A stretch of 52,674 nucleotides of DNA from a virus (lineage: Duplodnaviria > Caudoviricetes). The stretch spans positions 1 through 52,674 of IMG/VR virus record IMGVR_UViG_3300030333_004669. One strand, 5' to 3'. Positions within the stretch are counted from its first letter, which is position 1. Each line of letters starts with the position of its first letter. The notes below the pieces were generated by a model, which worked only from the letters and a program-made list of their open reading frames with translations, made no database searches and was not told the DNA's origin. Position numbers and translations under genes: made by a program. Shown here piece after piece: positions 1 through 7,596 of this stretch.

Positions 1-650
1 GCGTCGATGTATCGCTGCTTTACATCTTCACGAGAGCGCTTGACTTCTTTCATCGCATCCTCGTTGAGCTCATGCTCAATGTCGTTGAGCACCTCGATGC
101 TGGCCTTGAGCCTGTGATCTTCGCCAGCCGTGAATGTGGTTCGCTTGATGTCGAACCCGTAGCTATCAGCCAACTGCTCACGGGATGGGAAATCAACGTA
201 GTCGAACTCACTTCCAAGCCGCTTCTGAGCATCCTCGCGGATACTGTCGTAGTCCTCGTTGACTATCTTCTCGACCAACTCCTCAGCCTTGAGCTTGTAC
301 TCCTTGAGTTTGCTCATAACGTCAGGACAATACTTTGCCTGTATCATACGCCAGCCATCCTCACCGTAGGCACTCGTGCGAAACGCAAGGTAGGCACGGG
401 CCTCGTTAAGAATCTTGGCGTGCTTCTCCATGTTCTCGCCCTGCATCTTTGTCAGTCGTGCACCAACTGATGCGAGGTCAATGCCCTTGAGCATCGCAGC
501 CTCCTTGGCTACACGGTCTGACTTCTTGACGGAGCTCGGCTTCCTGAGCTTGATCCGAATGAGCATGATGCTCTGAGTCATGCGACGAAGAACCTTGTCG
601 CGGTTCTTGCCCAAGTCCTTGTTCTTTATTTGTATGTGGTTAACTTGCAT
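1..650 (-). CDS. DUF3150-like phage protein (partial, runs off the left edge)
   Basis: ATG at 650, open to the window edge (MQVNHIQIKNK...ARAYLAFRTSAYGEDGWRMI...RLGSEFDYVDFPSREQLADSYGF). The motifs resemble the family that usually accompanies phage MoxR ATPases. Absent from the ORF track because it has no stop. Confidence 0.65.
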   Translation of the reverse strand, partial: MQVNHIQIKNKDLGKNRDKVLRRMTQSIMLIRIKLRKPSSVKKSDRVAKEAAMLKGIDLASVGARLTKMQGENMEKHAKILNEARAYLAFRTSAYGEDGWRMIQAKYCPDVMSKLKEYKLKAEELVEKIVNEDYDSIREDAQKRLGSEFDYVDFPSREQLADSYGFDIKRTTFTAGEDHRLKASIEVLNDIEHELNEDAMKEVKRSREDVKQRYID

Positions 651-701
651 TACTTGTTTACTTGTTAGCGGTTAATACTTTTAAGTATAAGGGGATTAAC
701 C

Positions 702-1832
702 TTACCCATTATTCTTTTCGTCCCATGTCTTGTAGGCATCGGACGCCTCGTATGTCAGTCGATTCTTACCGAACGCAAAGAACTGACCTTGGTATTCCTG
801 CGGCCACCTGCCGATGTATCGACAGAAGGCTTCGGTCTTGCGCTTGTCTTCGACAGCCACGCCTTCCTCGTTCACGGGGCCAGCGGCATCGACTAATGAG
901 ATAGCCGTTGCGTAGTAGAGTCCCGGCTCCTTGGGCAGCTTGGCTTTCATTGGGTCGGCCAACACATCCTCGGGCTTGGGACATTGCTCATGCTTTTTCT
1001 GGAACTCGATGAACGCAGTGCCAGCAGCACGGCCAATGGTTCCGTAGATGAGCGCGTTGATCACACGAGGATTGGTGTACTCATCCCTGCCTATCTCAAG
1101 ACAGCCCTCCAGCAAACGGATGGCGTTGTGGTAGGAGCGAGCATTGCACTTCGCACGCTCGGGGTAGCTGATGTCATCACCGAATACCTGCTGACGCTGG
1201 TACTTGGCGAACGCTTGGGTGTAAGCTGGCAGGTTTTCATTCCGTGCCCAGCGAACCCATTGATCTGCATTCTCCTCGCTGTTGTGGGCAACATAGAGAT
1301 GGGTCATCCTAGTTGCCAACGCCTCGGAGAATTGTGTCGTGCCGATGTCCGACTCACCGTTGCAAGCGGCGACGATCCTGACATTGGCGTACAACTTGTG
1401 GCCATTGACCGAGCGATCCAGTATTATCTGCAACGCTACGTTCAGAACCTCCATCGTTGACCGATCCAGTTCATCCAAGAACAGGACAGCCCACTCTGTT
1501 GGGTTGCCTTTGACGCTGACGAATCCTGCGTCCATCAGGTTGCCGCCCATGTCGAACCGTTGAAACGGCATGAGCTTTGATTGAAGCCACTCCACCATCT
1601 TCTTCTTGGCGTCGATGAATGGCATGCCTCCAATATCGGGCGGCTCTTTGTCGCTGCATCGGAAATCGAACAGCGCCCAGTCCAGTTCACGGCAGATGTC
1701 GTAAACGATGGATGACTTTGCACAACCCGGTGCACCGATCAGGCACATGGGTTGGTCTTTCATTATCCCTACCTTAATGGCAGAGCGGATGACATTTAAC
1801 GGATAGGCGATTGCCTCGTTACTAATGCTCAC
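702..1832 (-). CDS. MoxR/RavA-like AAA+ ATPase
   Basis: Walker A GAPGCAKS (the AKS variant typical of RavA/MoxR), Walker B LFLDE, sensor IVAACN, ALATRM arginine finger. Confidence 0.9.
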   Translation of the reverse strand: MSISNEAIAYPLNVIRSAIKVGIMKDQPMCLIGAPGCAKSSIVYDICRELDWALFDFRCSDKEPPDIGGMPFIDAKKKMVEWLQSKLMPFQRFDMGGNLMDAGFVSVKGNPTEWAVLFLDELDRSTMEVLNVALQIILDRSVNGHKLYANVRIVAACNGESDIGTTQFSEALATRMTHLYVAHNSEENADQWVRWARNENLPAYTQAFAKYQRQQVFGDDISYPERAKCNARSYHNAIRLLEGCLEIGRDEYTNPRVINALIYGTIGRAAGTAFIEFQKKHEQCPKPEDVLADPMKAKLPKEPGLYYATAISLVDAAGPVNEEGVAVEDKRKTEAFCRYIGRWPQEYQGQFFAFGKNRLTYEASDAYKTWDEKNNG

Positions 1833-1901
1833 TTTGTTTTATCTTTCTTTAGTTGTTAGACGAACAGCCGAATTGACTGCTCCCGTCAAACAACAGACCA
1901 C

Positions 1902-1950
1902 ATTGTATCACACTGTGCCACAATGTCAATATTATTTTTTTAATAATAAT
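1902..1950 (-). promoter_or_regulatory. Sigma70-type promoter for the AAA ATPase operon
   Basis: The minus strand reads TTGACA (1929-1924), 16 bp, then TG-A-TACAAT (1907-1902), with an A/T-rich UP-like tract upstream. Confidence 0.75.
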
Positions 1951-1978
1951 CCTGGGCTGGCCTGTTGGTTGATGGGAA

Positions 1979-2002
1979 CAGCCACACCGAATGGCGTGGC
2001 TG
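1979..2002 (-). terminator. GC-rich hairpin, possible terminator or processing structure
   Basis: Minus strand CAGCCACGCC-ATTC-GGTGTGGCTG, a 10-bp stem with one G-U pair, directly after palindrome copy 2. The U tail is weak. Confidence 0.45.
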
Positions 2003-2022
2003 AGTTATACTTGAAAGTATAA

Positions 2023-2247
2023 CTATTTGATCATGGCCCTGATGTCCGTGATGGATTCCTTGACCAGATACTTCTTGTTAGTGCACACGATCTTGGTGAT
2101 TACCTTGCCGCACCTCAGCTTGAATGGCTGGATGGACTCGATGTACCTCGGATTGATGTGACGTACCCGCATGACCGCATCTAGCTTTTTGATCTTTGGG
2201 TTGTTGTAACCTTGTTCGGTATCTCCTGACAGCGTGACAGTTATCAA
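2023..2247 (-). CDS. Small protein, FlbD/SwrD-like
   Basis: HINPRYIESIQ...TKIVCTNKKYLVKESITDI resembles the FlbD pattern LNxxxIExI...T.I.L.NGKK..VKES. Confidence 0.5.
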   Translation of the reverse strand: MITVTLSGDTEQGYNNPKIKKLDAVMRVRHINPRYIESIQPFKLRCGKVITKIVCTNKKYLVKESITDIRAMIK

Positions 2248-2573
2248 GCGTCCTCCTTTCGTATGCTCTCGATGGCCTTGGCAGCTATGGTGTGAGGGTC
2301 ATCCTCCAGCGGCTTGTCGCACTCAGTCTTGATGTGCTGATTAAGAATGCCAGCAGCAGTTTCAAATGCACCTGCTATCTGATCTCGTGCTGCCTGAGGC
2401 ATCAGCGGACAGTTGATAGTATCAACCTGATCTGTTGATGCGTGGCTTGAACCCGCAACCCTGCCGCCGATGTGAGGCAAGAAGTCTCTGCTTACAGCTT
2501 CCCGAATATTACGGGCGAACTTCTGCATTAACTCTGACTGGCTTGCGAGTCTCTCTATTTTCTTGGTGTCCAT
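2244..2573 (-). CDS. Hypothetical protein
   Basis: 109-aa ORF in a tightly packed leftward run; overlaps the next gene by 4 bp. Confidence 0.75.
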   Translation of the reverse strand: MDTKKIERLASQSELMQKFARNIREAVSRDFLPHIGGRVAGSSHASTDQVDTINCPLMPQAARDQIAGAFETAAGILNQHIKTECDKPLEDDPHTIAAKAIESIRKEDA

Positions 2574-2577
2574 TAGC

Positions 2578-3018
2578 TTATACTTTCAAGTATAACTCCT
2601 CTTTCATAGGGTGCTCATAGCGCTCACGCTGCCTAGCAATAGCTTCTACTGGCACGTTGTGCTTACATCTAGCTGCCAACTGCTCATCAGTTAGCCCAGC
2701 AGGCGAGTCGTAGATGTCAACCACACCCCATTGGTATCCCCAATGGATGGCAAGTTGCACATAGTTTTCCCACTCCCACCTCTCAGTGTTTGTGTTGTCA
2801 ACTATGACAGTAGAGTCACCTCTATTTATGGCATAGATGAAGCGACTAAGGCATTGAGCATGAGCCTTGCCTAGTAGGCTTGGGTCGAAGTGGTATTCAT
2901 CAAGCCCCATCTCAAAGAACCTATCTGCTGAGCACACCGATGCATTGGGGAAGTTTGTATTCGCCCAATGAGTTTTGCCTGAGCCAGACAAGCCTTGCAT
3001 TATTATTACCTGTTTCAT
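2578..3018 (-). CDS. P-loop kinase (AAA_33 / N4BP2-like)
   Basis: IIMQGLSGSGKT Walker A, CSADRFF, VIVDNTN, R.KHNVP motifs. Confidence 0.85.
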   Translation of the reverse strand: MKQVIIMQGLSGSGKTHWANTNFPNASVCSADRFFEMGLDEYHFDPSLLGKAHAQCLSRFIYAINRGDSTVIVDNTNTERWEWENYVQLAIHWGYQWGVVDIYDSPAGLTDEQLAARCKHNVPVEAIARQRERYEHPMKEELYLKV

Positions 3019-3425
3019 TCGCTTATACTTTCAAGTATAGGTTTCACCATCGGATGGTTGGCCATGTTGGGGTTGATGCAGTACCGAGAACCGATAGTCC
3101 CATTGAGGCCCAGCGCCTTGATTTGTTTAGCCACATCCCTCGGGATAACCTCCCACTCATCCCAAGGTATTCGCCTACCTTTCGGCATCCTAGCTATCAC
3201 CTCGTCAACAGTTAACGGAGGGCAGTACCAACCTGCCTTGTCCCAGTCACCGTAGTGTCGGTAAACGATGCCTTCATCCTTGGACAACTGCTTCATTATC
3301 GCTTTCTCCTCAGGCCCGTATGGGTCAAGGGCAGGCAACTTTACCCAACCTTCTGGCGCTGGTTCCTCTGTTTTGTTTTTACCAGTGAAACCACGACGCC
3401 GCCTGTATTCGCTTATGTATGGCAT
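3015..3425 (-). CDS. Hypothetical protein
   Basis: 136-aa ORF with an ATGA overlap with the kinase gene. Confidence 0.7.
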   Translation of the reverse strand: MPYISEYRRRRGFTGKNKTEEPAPEGWVKLPALDPYGPEEKAIMKQLSKDEGIVYRHYGDWDKAGWYCPPLTVDEVIARMPKGRRIPWDEWEVIPRDVAKQIKALGLNGTIGSRYCINPNMANHPMVKPILESISE

Positions 3426-3430
3426 GGCTG

Positions 3431-3610
3431 TTAGTCTCCGATTGTTCGCAGTAAGCAGGAGAATGCATACTCATCACCTTCTGGTGGAGTAGGCACTCTG
3501 TCTTTGTCATCAATGGTGTAGTCGATTGACTGCACCATAGCCTCGGTATCCTTCGGTTGAGGATACCCCTCTGGGATTGCGTGAGACGCCGCCGCGTTTT
3601 GGTTTATCAT
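3431..3610 (-). CDS. Small hypothetical protein (59 aa)
   Basis: MINQNAAASHAIPEGYPQP...LLRTIGD*, preceded by A-rich AAACAAAGTA. Fills the gap between neighbours; below the ORF-track cutoff. Confidence 0.55.
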   Translation of the reverse strand: MINQNAAASHAIPEGYPQPKDTEAMVQSIDYTIDDKDRVPTPPEGDEYAFSCLLRTIGD

Positions 3611-3628
3611 TACTTTGTTTTTACTTGG

Positions 3629-3706
3629 TTACTTGATGAGTGCTCCACCATTAATGGTAGGTGAAGCGAGATAGCTTAACGCCATGATGGCGAATGCTGC
3701 GTACAT
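3629..3706 (-). CDS. Possible 25-aa hydrophobic peptide
   Basis: MYAAFAIMALSYLASPTINGGALIK*, with the ATG 2 nt after palindrome copy 5. Confidence 0.3.
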   Translation of the reverse strand: MYAAFAIMALSYLASPTINGGALIK

Positions 3707-3737
3707 GATTATACTTAGAAGTATAAGCCCGATGGTT

Positions 3738-4109
3738 TTAATGGCTCGCATTAATAGCCTCCTGTTGGGCCATAGCCTCCAGTTCGTCGTTCAGTACCGT
3801 GTCCCTATCGACATCGCCCATGAGGTTCTTAACCAGAGAGCGTTTCTCCGCTACGGGAATCAGTTCGCCGCGCTGTATGGCCAAGGCGTACATCCTTGCG
3901 ATAGGCAGCAGCCTGCCGCAGGATGAATACTCCTCGTCTCCCAACTTTGGATACCACCAGACAAATAGCTCACGAGGATTGATGGTTACCGCATTATGGT
4001 AGTCAGCAAACCGCATCACCTCGGCAATCTCTTTGAAGACTATCTGAGGAATTGCGTCATCAAACGTGCCGCTTAGGCCAGCGGCTTTGAAGAGTTCATT
4101 CTTGTTCAT
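3738..4109 (-). CDS. Hypothetical protein
   Basis: 123-aa ORF whose ATG overlaps the last base of palindrome copy 6. Confidence 0.75.
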   Translation of the reverse strand: MNKNELFKAAGLSGTFDDAIPQIVFKEIAEVMRFADYHNAVTINPRELFVWWYPKLGDEEYSSCGRLLPIARMYALAIQRGELIPVAEKRSLVKNLMGDVDRDTVLNDELEAMAQQEAINASH

Positions 4110-4123
4110 TATACTTATAAGTA

Positions 4124-4321
4124 TTATTTAATGGGGGAGTCCTTCAGCATTAAACCGAAGCCGATGTTCCCAAACTTGTGCTCGTTTGGATTGCGTTTGG
4201 TGCGGACGTAGTTGGTCACATGGGCCAACGGCTTCCCGTTCAGGGAACGCCAGCGCCGCACGTTGTTCTCGACCTGCTCTGGAGTAGCAGGTTCGCCGAT
4301 GTAGACATTATTCTTAGTCAT
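4124..4321 (-). CDS. Hypothetical protein (65 aa)
   Basis: ATG at 4321 after AAGGAAAAATAAA is more plausible than the TTG at 4372, which lies inside a hairpin. Confidence 0.6.
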   Translation of the reverse strand: MTKNNVYIGEPATPEQVENNVRRWRSLNGKPLAHVTNYVRTKRNPNEHKFGNIGFGLMLKDSPIK

Positions 4322-4356
4322 TTTATTTTTCCTTATGCTTATACTTCCAAGTATAA

Positions 4357-4392
4357 GCCCGTTAACCCTCAAGCGCGTGAGAGCTAACGGGC
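4357..4392 (-). other. 15-bp RNA stem-loop
   Basis: Minus strand GCCCGTTAGCTCTCA-CGCGCT-TGAGGGTTAACGGGC pairs fully only with G-U pairs, which indicates structure in the minus-strand RNA. Confidence 0.65.
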
Positions 4393-4432
4393 AAAAGGAA
4401 AGGGGCCACGCCGTAGCGTGACCCCCTTCTCC
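4393..4432 (-). terminator. Rho-independent terminator-like hairpin
   Basis: Minus strand GGGGTCACGC-TACG-GCGTGGCCCC (cUACGg tetraloop) followed by TTTCCTTTT. Confidence 0.65.
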
Positions 4433-4450
4433 TGATTATACTTTCAAGTA

Positions 4451-4675
4451 TTATTCAGCCACCGACCTGATGACTTTCAAGGCGTCCTCGAAACTGACGC
4501 CTGTTTCTGCCTCTATTATCTGAGCCTGCGAGTATTCGCAGGGACGCTGTTCGTTTGACCTCTTCATGGCGTCGATTCGCCTCCTCCTATCCTGAGCGTA
4601 CTCAGGGACGGGATGGTCAACGCCCACGACGAATTCCAACGCGCGTTGGAGAACCTTTTTTTGTGTCTTGGTCAT
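4451..4675 (-). CDS. Hypothetical protein
   Basis: 74-aa ORF bracketed by palindromes 9 and 8. Confidence 0.7.
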   Translation of the reverse strand: MTKTQKKVLQRALEFVVGVDHPVPEYAQDRRRRIDAMKRSNEQRPCEYSQAQIIEAETGVSFEDALKVIRSVAE

Positions 4676-4693
4676 AGCTTATACTTTTAAGTA

Positions 4694-5248
4694 TTAACCT
4701 TGAGCCTTCTTGGCTTCGACCTTGCCCTCTTTGACGAGGCGAGCAGCAGCCAACGCAGCAGCGCTGATTGCCTTTGCATCGTATTCGCCTTCGCCCAGCA
4801 TCAACGCCATGACATCGGTGAAGCGGTTGACCAAGCTCTCGTTTTTAACCTTGCGACCACCACCCGCAGCGCGAATACGCTCGCCCTTTTTGGCACGCAT
4901 CTCACGGAACTTGTTGCCGATGTGGCTGTCAGAATACCCCGCTTCGATTGCCCATGCCTTGATGGTCTTGTCCGAATATCCCTTGTTTTGCAGGATTGCA
5001 ATGTGACGGAACAGATTGCTCTCGCCCTTGAGCGCGTGCTGGCAGGTCTGGATGAACATCGCCCGATCTTCTGACGATTCATCTTCGCACTCAGTGACCA
5101 CCGACTCGCTGACTATTTCTTCCAACTGTTTCTCGTTATACTTTGGAGTATAACCTTTTCCCATTGAGAACTTTTTAATGGCTGAGTCCTCAGTTGATAA
5201 CGCGAACATGTCAATTTGTTCGCCCGATTTGTTAGCTTTATTTTTCAT
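4694..5248 (-). CDS. Hypothetical basic protein, first gene of the leftward early run
   Basis: The ORF is open from 5275. The ATG at 5248 (after ACAAAGTA) matches the start context of neighbouring genes. Confidence 0.7.
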   Translation of the reverse strand: MKNKANKSGEQIDMFALSTEDSAIKKFSMGKGYTPKYNEKQLEEIVSESVVTECEDESSEDRAMFIQTCQHALKGESNLFRHIAILQNKGYSDKTIKAWAIEAGYSDSHIGNKFREMRAKKGERIRAAGGGRKVKNESLVNRFTDVMALMLGEGEYDAKAISAAALAAARLVKEGKVEAKKAQG

Positions 5249-5601
5249 TACTTTGTGTGCGGGTACTACCCGCATTCACTAGGTAAAAACTCACGCATCA
5301 AAAAAGCGCTTTCACTGTTCGTTATCGTTTCATCCTTTGGGACATTTTCAGCCCAGCCCATTTTTCGCGTGGGAAAAAATCGTCCCAACAATAATCCAAT
5401 ATATTGAGATTCCTGCTGTTTACTGGGTATATATGGGGGTTGCTGGGAAATCGCTAAATCATAGGATACATACCCACCCCACAAGCGGGGTCGGTAGCCC
5501 TCGGGCTCTGGTATATAATATATGGGTCTTCTAGTTTTCTGAGCCAAAACCCGAAAACGGCCTTAGCGCGGGATCGCTAAAGCTGATATACTGAGCAACT
5601 C

Positions 5602-5739
5602 ATGTCTGAATTGATCAGTAACCTCCAAGAAGCGCTTGAAGAAATGGCAAAAACAGGAAATCAAAAAGGAATAGACGTACTCGAAAGAGCACTGAGGCAG
5701 GCAAATAAAATGATTAATACCAGACAGCCCTCAGATTAA
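5602..5739 (+). CDS. Small hypothetical protein (45 aa)
   Basis: MSELISNLQEALEEMAKTG...; extended -10 TG-A-TATACT ends 9 nt upstream of the ATG. Confidence 0.55.
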   Translation: MSELISNLQEALEEMAKTGNQKGIDVLERALRQANKMINTRQPSD

Positions 5740-6045
5740 GTGACCTTTAAATATATCGCGCTCTTTTAGGTAGTCTGAGAACTTAAAAAACTGGTGTCGC
5801 CGCTTGGGATCGGCATCCAAATCGTTCTTTACCTTAATAATCGCGTTATAAACAATCGTCCTGTCACGATTCCAGAACATCCCGATGATGGATTTCTTTA
5901 TTTGAGCCCGATCTGCGATATACATGCAGACATTTCTGGGCCAAGTGAGGCGTCTTAATCTGGAATTTGATTTGAGTTGCTCTAAATCCTGCTGGAAAAA
6001 TTCGGATGCAGCTTCAGCGAGCACCCTTTGATTGCGTAATTTCAT
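5731..6045 (-). CDS. Stand-alone DnaA C-terminal (domain IV) HTH protein
   Basis: LKSNSRLRRLTWPRNVCMYI...IGMFWNRDRTIVYNAIIKV aligns by eye to DnaA-C (SKSR.R..V.PRQIAMYL...IG..F.RDHTTV.HA..KI). Confidence 0.8.
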   Translation of the reverse strand: MKLRNQRVLAEAASEFFQQDLEQLKSNSRLRRLTWPRNVCMYIADRAQIKKSIIGMFWNRDRTIVYNAIIKVKNDLDADPKRRHQFFKFSDYLKERDIFKGHLI

Positions 6046-6230
6046 TCTGCGGCTGGCTTATTCTTATGCATGGGGCACTTATCGGACAAATAGAAGACTG
6101 GTTTACCGTCTTCCCCGGGCCATCCACGGCCATTTCTGTTATCAGGCACGGGACAAAGGCAGCCTTTACCTACGGCTGCGATGCTTCCCGGTGTTAGTAG
6201 TTCGCTTGGTGACTTTTCTTGCTTTTGCAT
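6042..6230 (-). CDS. Small Cys/His phage protein
   Basis: PGS..A...GC.CPV.DN..GRG...CPMH pattern. Confidence 0.65.
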   Translation of the reverse strand: MQKQEKSPSELLTPGSIAAVGKGCLCPVPDNRNGRGWPGEDGKPVFYLSDKCPMHKNKPAAE

Positions 6231-6567
6231 TTGTAGATTTTCGCTTCGCTTTCTTCCTTGGGGTTAGCATTGAGGCCATCCACTTGAAGGCATCTGGGTT
6301 ATCAGCCCATACAGCGCATATCCCATTGGTGATTCTGTTGGTGAGGTTCTCCTCATCGGTGGAGTTGATCCCCATTCCGTAGTGCACGGCATGTATGAGC
6401 TCGTGCAGGAAGGTGTTGGCTAGGGCGGTCTTAGGTTGATCCTCGATGATCCAGATGGTTAGCCCTGTAAAGTCGCACCAGCCCAGCTTGTCGCCCCCAG
6501 AATCGTCCTTCCCAGTCCACTTCACCTCGTATTGCAATCCGAGTACATTGACATTAGTGGGGCGCAT
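6166..6567 (-). CDS. Zincin-like HExxH metallopeptidase-domain protein
   Basis: G.CDF...TIWI...NTFLHELIHA with a downstream EE; basic C-terminal tail. Confidence 0.75.
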   Translation of the reverse strand: MRPTNVNVLGLQYEVKWTGKDDSGGDKLGWCDFTGLTIWIIEDQPKTALANTFLHELIHAVHYGMGINSTDEENLTNRITNGICAVWADNPDAFKWMASMLTPRKKAKRKSTNAKARKVTKRTTNTGKHRSRR

Positions 6568-6860
6568 TAGTTGTTCTCAGGTTTCTTGATCCAAGGGAGA
6601 ACGCGGTCATTGCCAAAGCATTCATTGTAAAACTGCTGCAAGGTGACCAGCCTGCCAAGTATGAACGCTGATTCTGGGGATAACATGCGAGTAACCTCAA
6701 TGTAGTTACTGGCTCCGATCTCAATGCTTTTGATTCCCTTAGCTGCAAACTCCTTGCCCAGTATTGAGGTAATACAATCTATCTCACCAAGCAGGTCTTC
6801 CTCGTTGGTTATTTCCAGCGGTTGGTTAGTAACATCGTAGCTATGGCCCCGTAATTGCAT
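6567..6860 (-). CDS. Hypothetical protein
   Basis: 97-aa ORF with TAATG coupling to the downstream gene. Confidence 0.55.
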   Translation of the reverse strand: MQLRGHSYDVTNQPLEITNEEDLLGEIDCITSILGKEFAAKGIKSIEIGASNYIEVTRMLSPESAFILGRLVTLQQFYNECFGNDRVLPWIKKPENN

Positions 6861-7222
6861 ATATCTATGGCGGTATCTTCTAATGATTCATCTTTTACCT
6901 TCGCCCCTTTGCCTTCCATTTTCTTTTGGGAGAGGTTGAGCAACCGCTGTACTTTATCATTTAACCTTATAGCCACGCCAATGACGTTCATGTCCCTGGA
7001 ATCAGAGAACGCGATGTTCTTTGAACCGTAATCGTGTTGCTTGTTATCAAACAGCTTGCACGCTTTTAGCGCTGTCTTGAGGCGCTCTTGCCCCATCTCT
7101 GTCTTGAGATTTAGCTGTTTCGCTAGAGTTGCCGCTATCTCGTCCTCCCTTCGCACTTGGGAAGGTGTCGAGGTAATCGGCCCAGTCGTCGTCATTCCAG
7201 AACCAAAAGGGAGATCGTTCAT
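6809..7222 (-). CDS. DUF1599 / nucleotide-modification-associated domain 1 protein
   Basis: KQHDYG..NI...GVAIRLNDKVQRL.NL...DESLEDT..D..NYGAI. Confidence 0.85.
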   Translation of the reverse strand: MNDLPFGSGMTTTGPITSTPSQVRREDEIAATLAKQLNLKTEMGQERLKTALKACKLFDNKQHDYGSKNIAFSDSRDMNVIGVAIRLNDKVQRLLNLSQKKMEGKGAKVKDESLEDTAIDICNYGAIATMLLTNRWK

Positions 7223-7494
7223 GTTTTTGCATTTAAAAATTCATAGTTATCCAACCAAGACCATAGTTTCTGATCCACGACTCGGACATCGTGATCAGGG
7301 CATTCTTGTTTATGGCTTCTTATGGCAGCCGCCAGATCGTTAATGACGGACTGCTTGTGAGCTACGAGGTCTTCCTCATCCATGATGAGGGGTTTCTCTT
7401 TTTTCTTATTGGGAATAATTTGTCCCATACGAATTACTTTAAAATTATCAGGCATTGTCTTTGGGAAAAAAAATTCCCAGCAACAAGGTGACAA
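7219..7494 (-). CDS. Hypothetical protein (start uncertain, possibly 7455)
   Basis: ORF in the operon with an ATGA overlap. Confidence 0.55.
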   Translation of the reverse strand: MSPCCWEFFFPKTMPDNFKVIRMGQIIPNKKKEKPLIMDEEDLVAHKQSVINDLAAAIRSHKQECPDHDVRVVDQKLWSWLDNYEFLNAKT

Positions 7495-7596
7495 ACGGAA
7501 ACCTTGTTACTGGGAAACGAGGGGTTTCAAGGGCGGGAGGAGCTAAGAAATCCCACCGTTCGGAGCTATTACCTCCGACACCATTCCCTCGTAAAT

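Larger units (their letters stand above)
673..5153. repeat. Dispersed family of ten 18-bp palindromes TTATACTT-NN-AAGTATAA
   Basis: Copies at 673-690, 2005-2022, 2578-2595, 3023-3040, 3709-3726, 4109-4126, 4339-4356, 4436-4453, 4679-4696 and 5136-5153, each with at most 1 mismatch in the arms. None was seen elsewhere in the window. Confidence 0.95.

Noticed and set aside
72-1563. Plus-strand ORFs in the left early region
   Set aside because: They are antisense to motif-bearing minus-strand genes.
673-5153. Palindromes as a CRISPR array or classical integron attC sites
   Set aside because: Spacing is irregular (about 100-1300 bp) and holds whole genes. There are no cas genes, no RYYYAAC/GTTRRRY attC ends and no integrase in the window.
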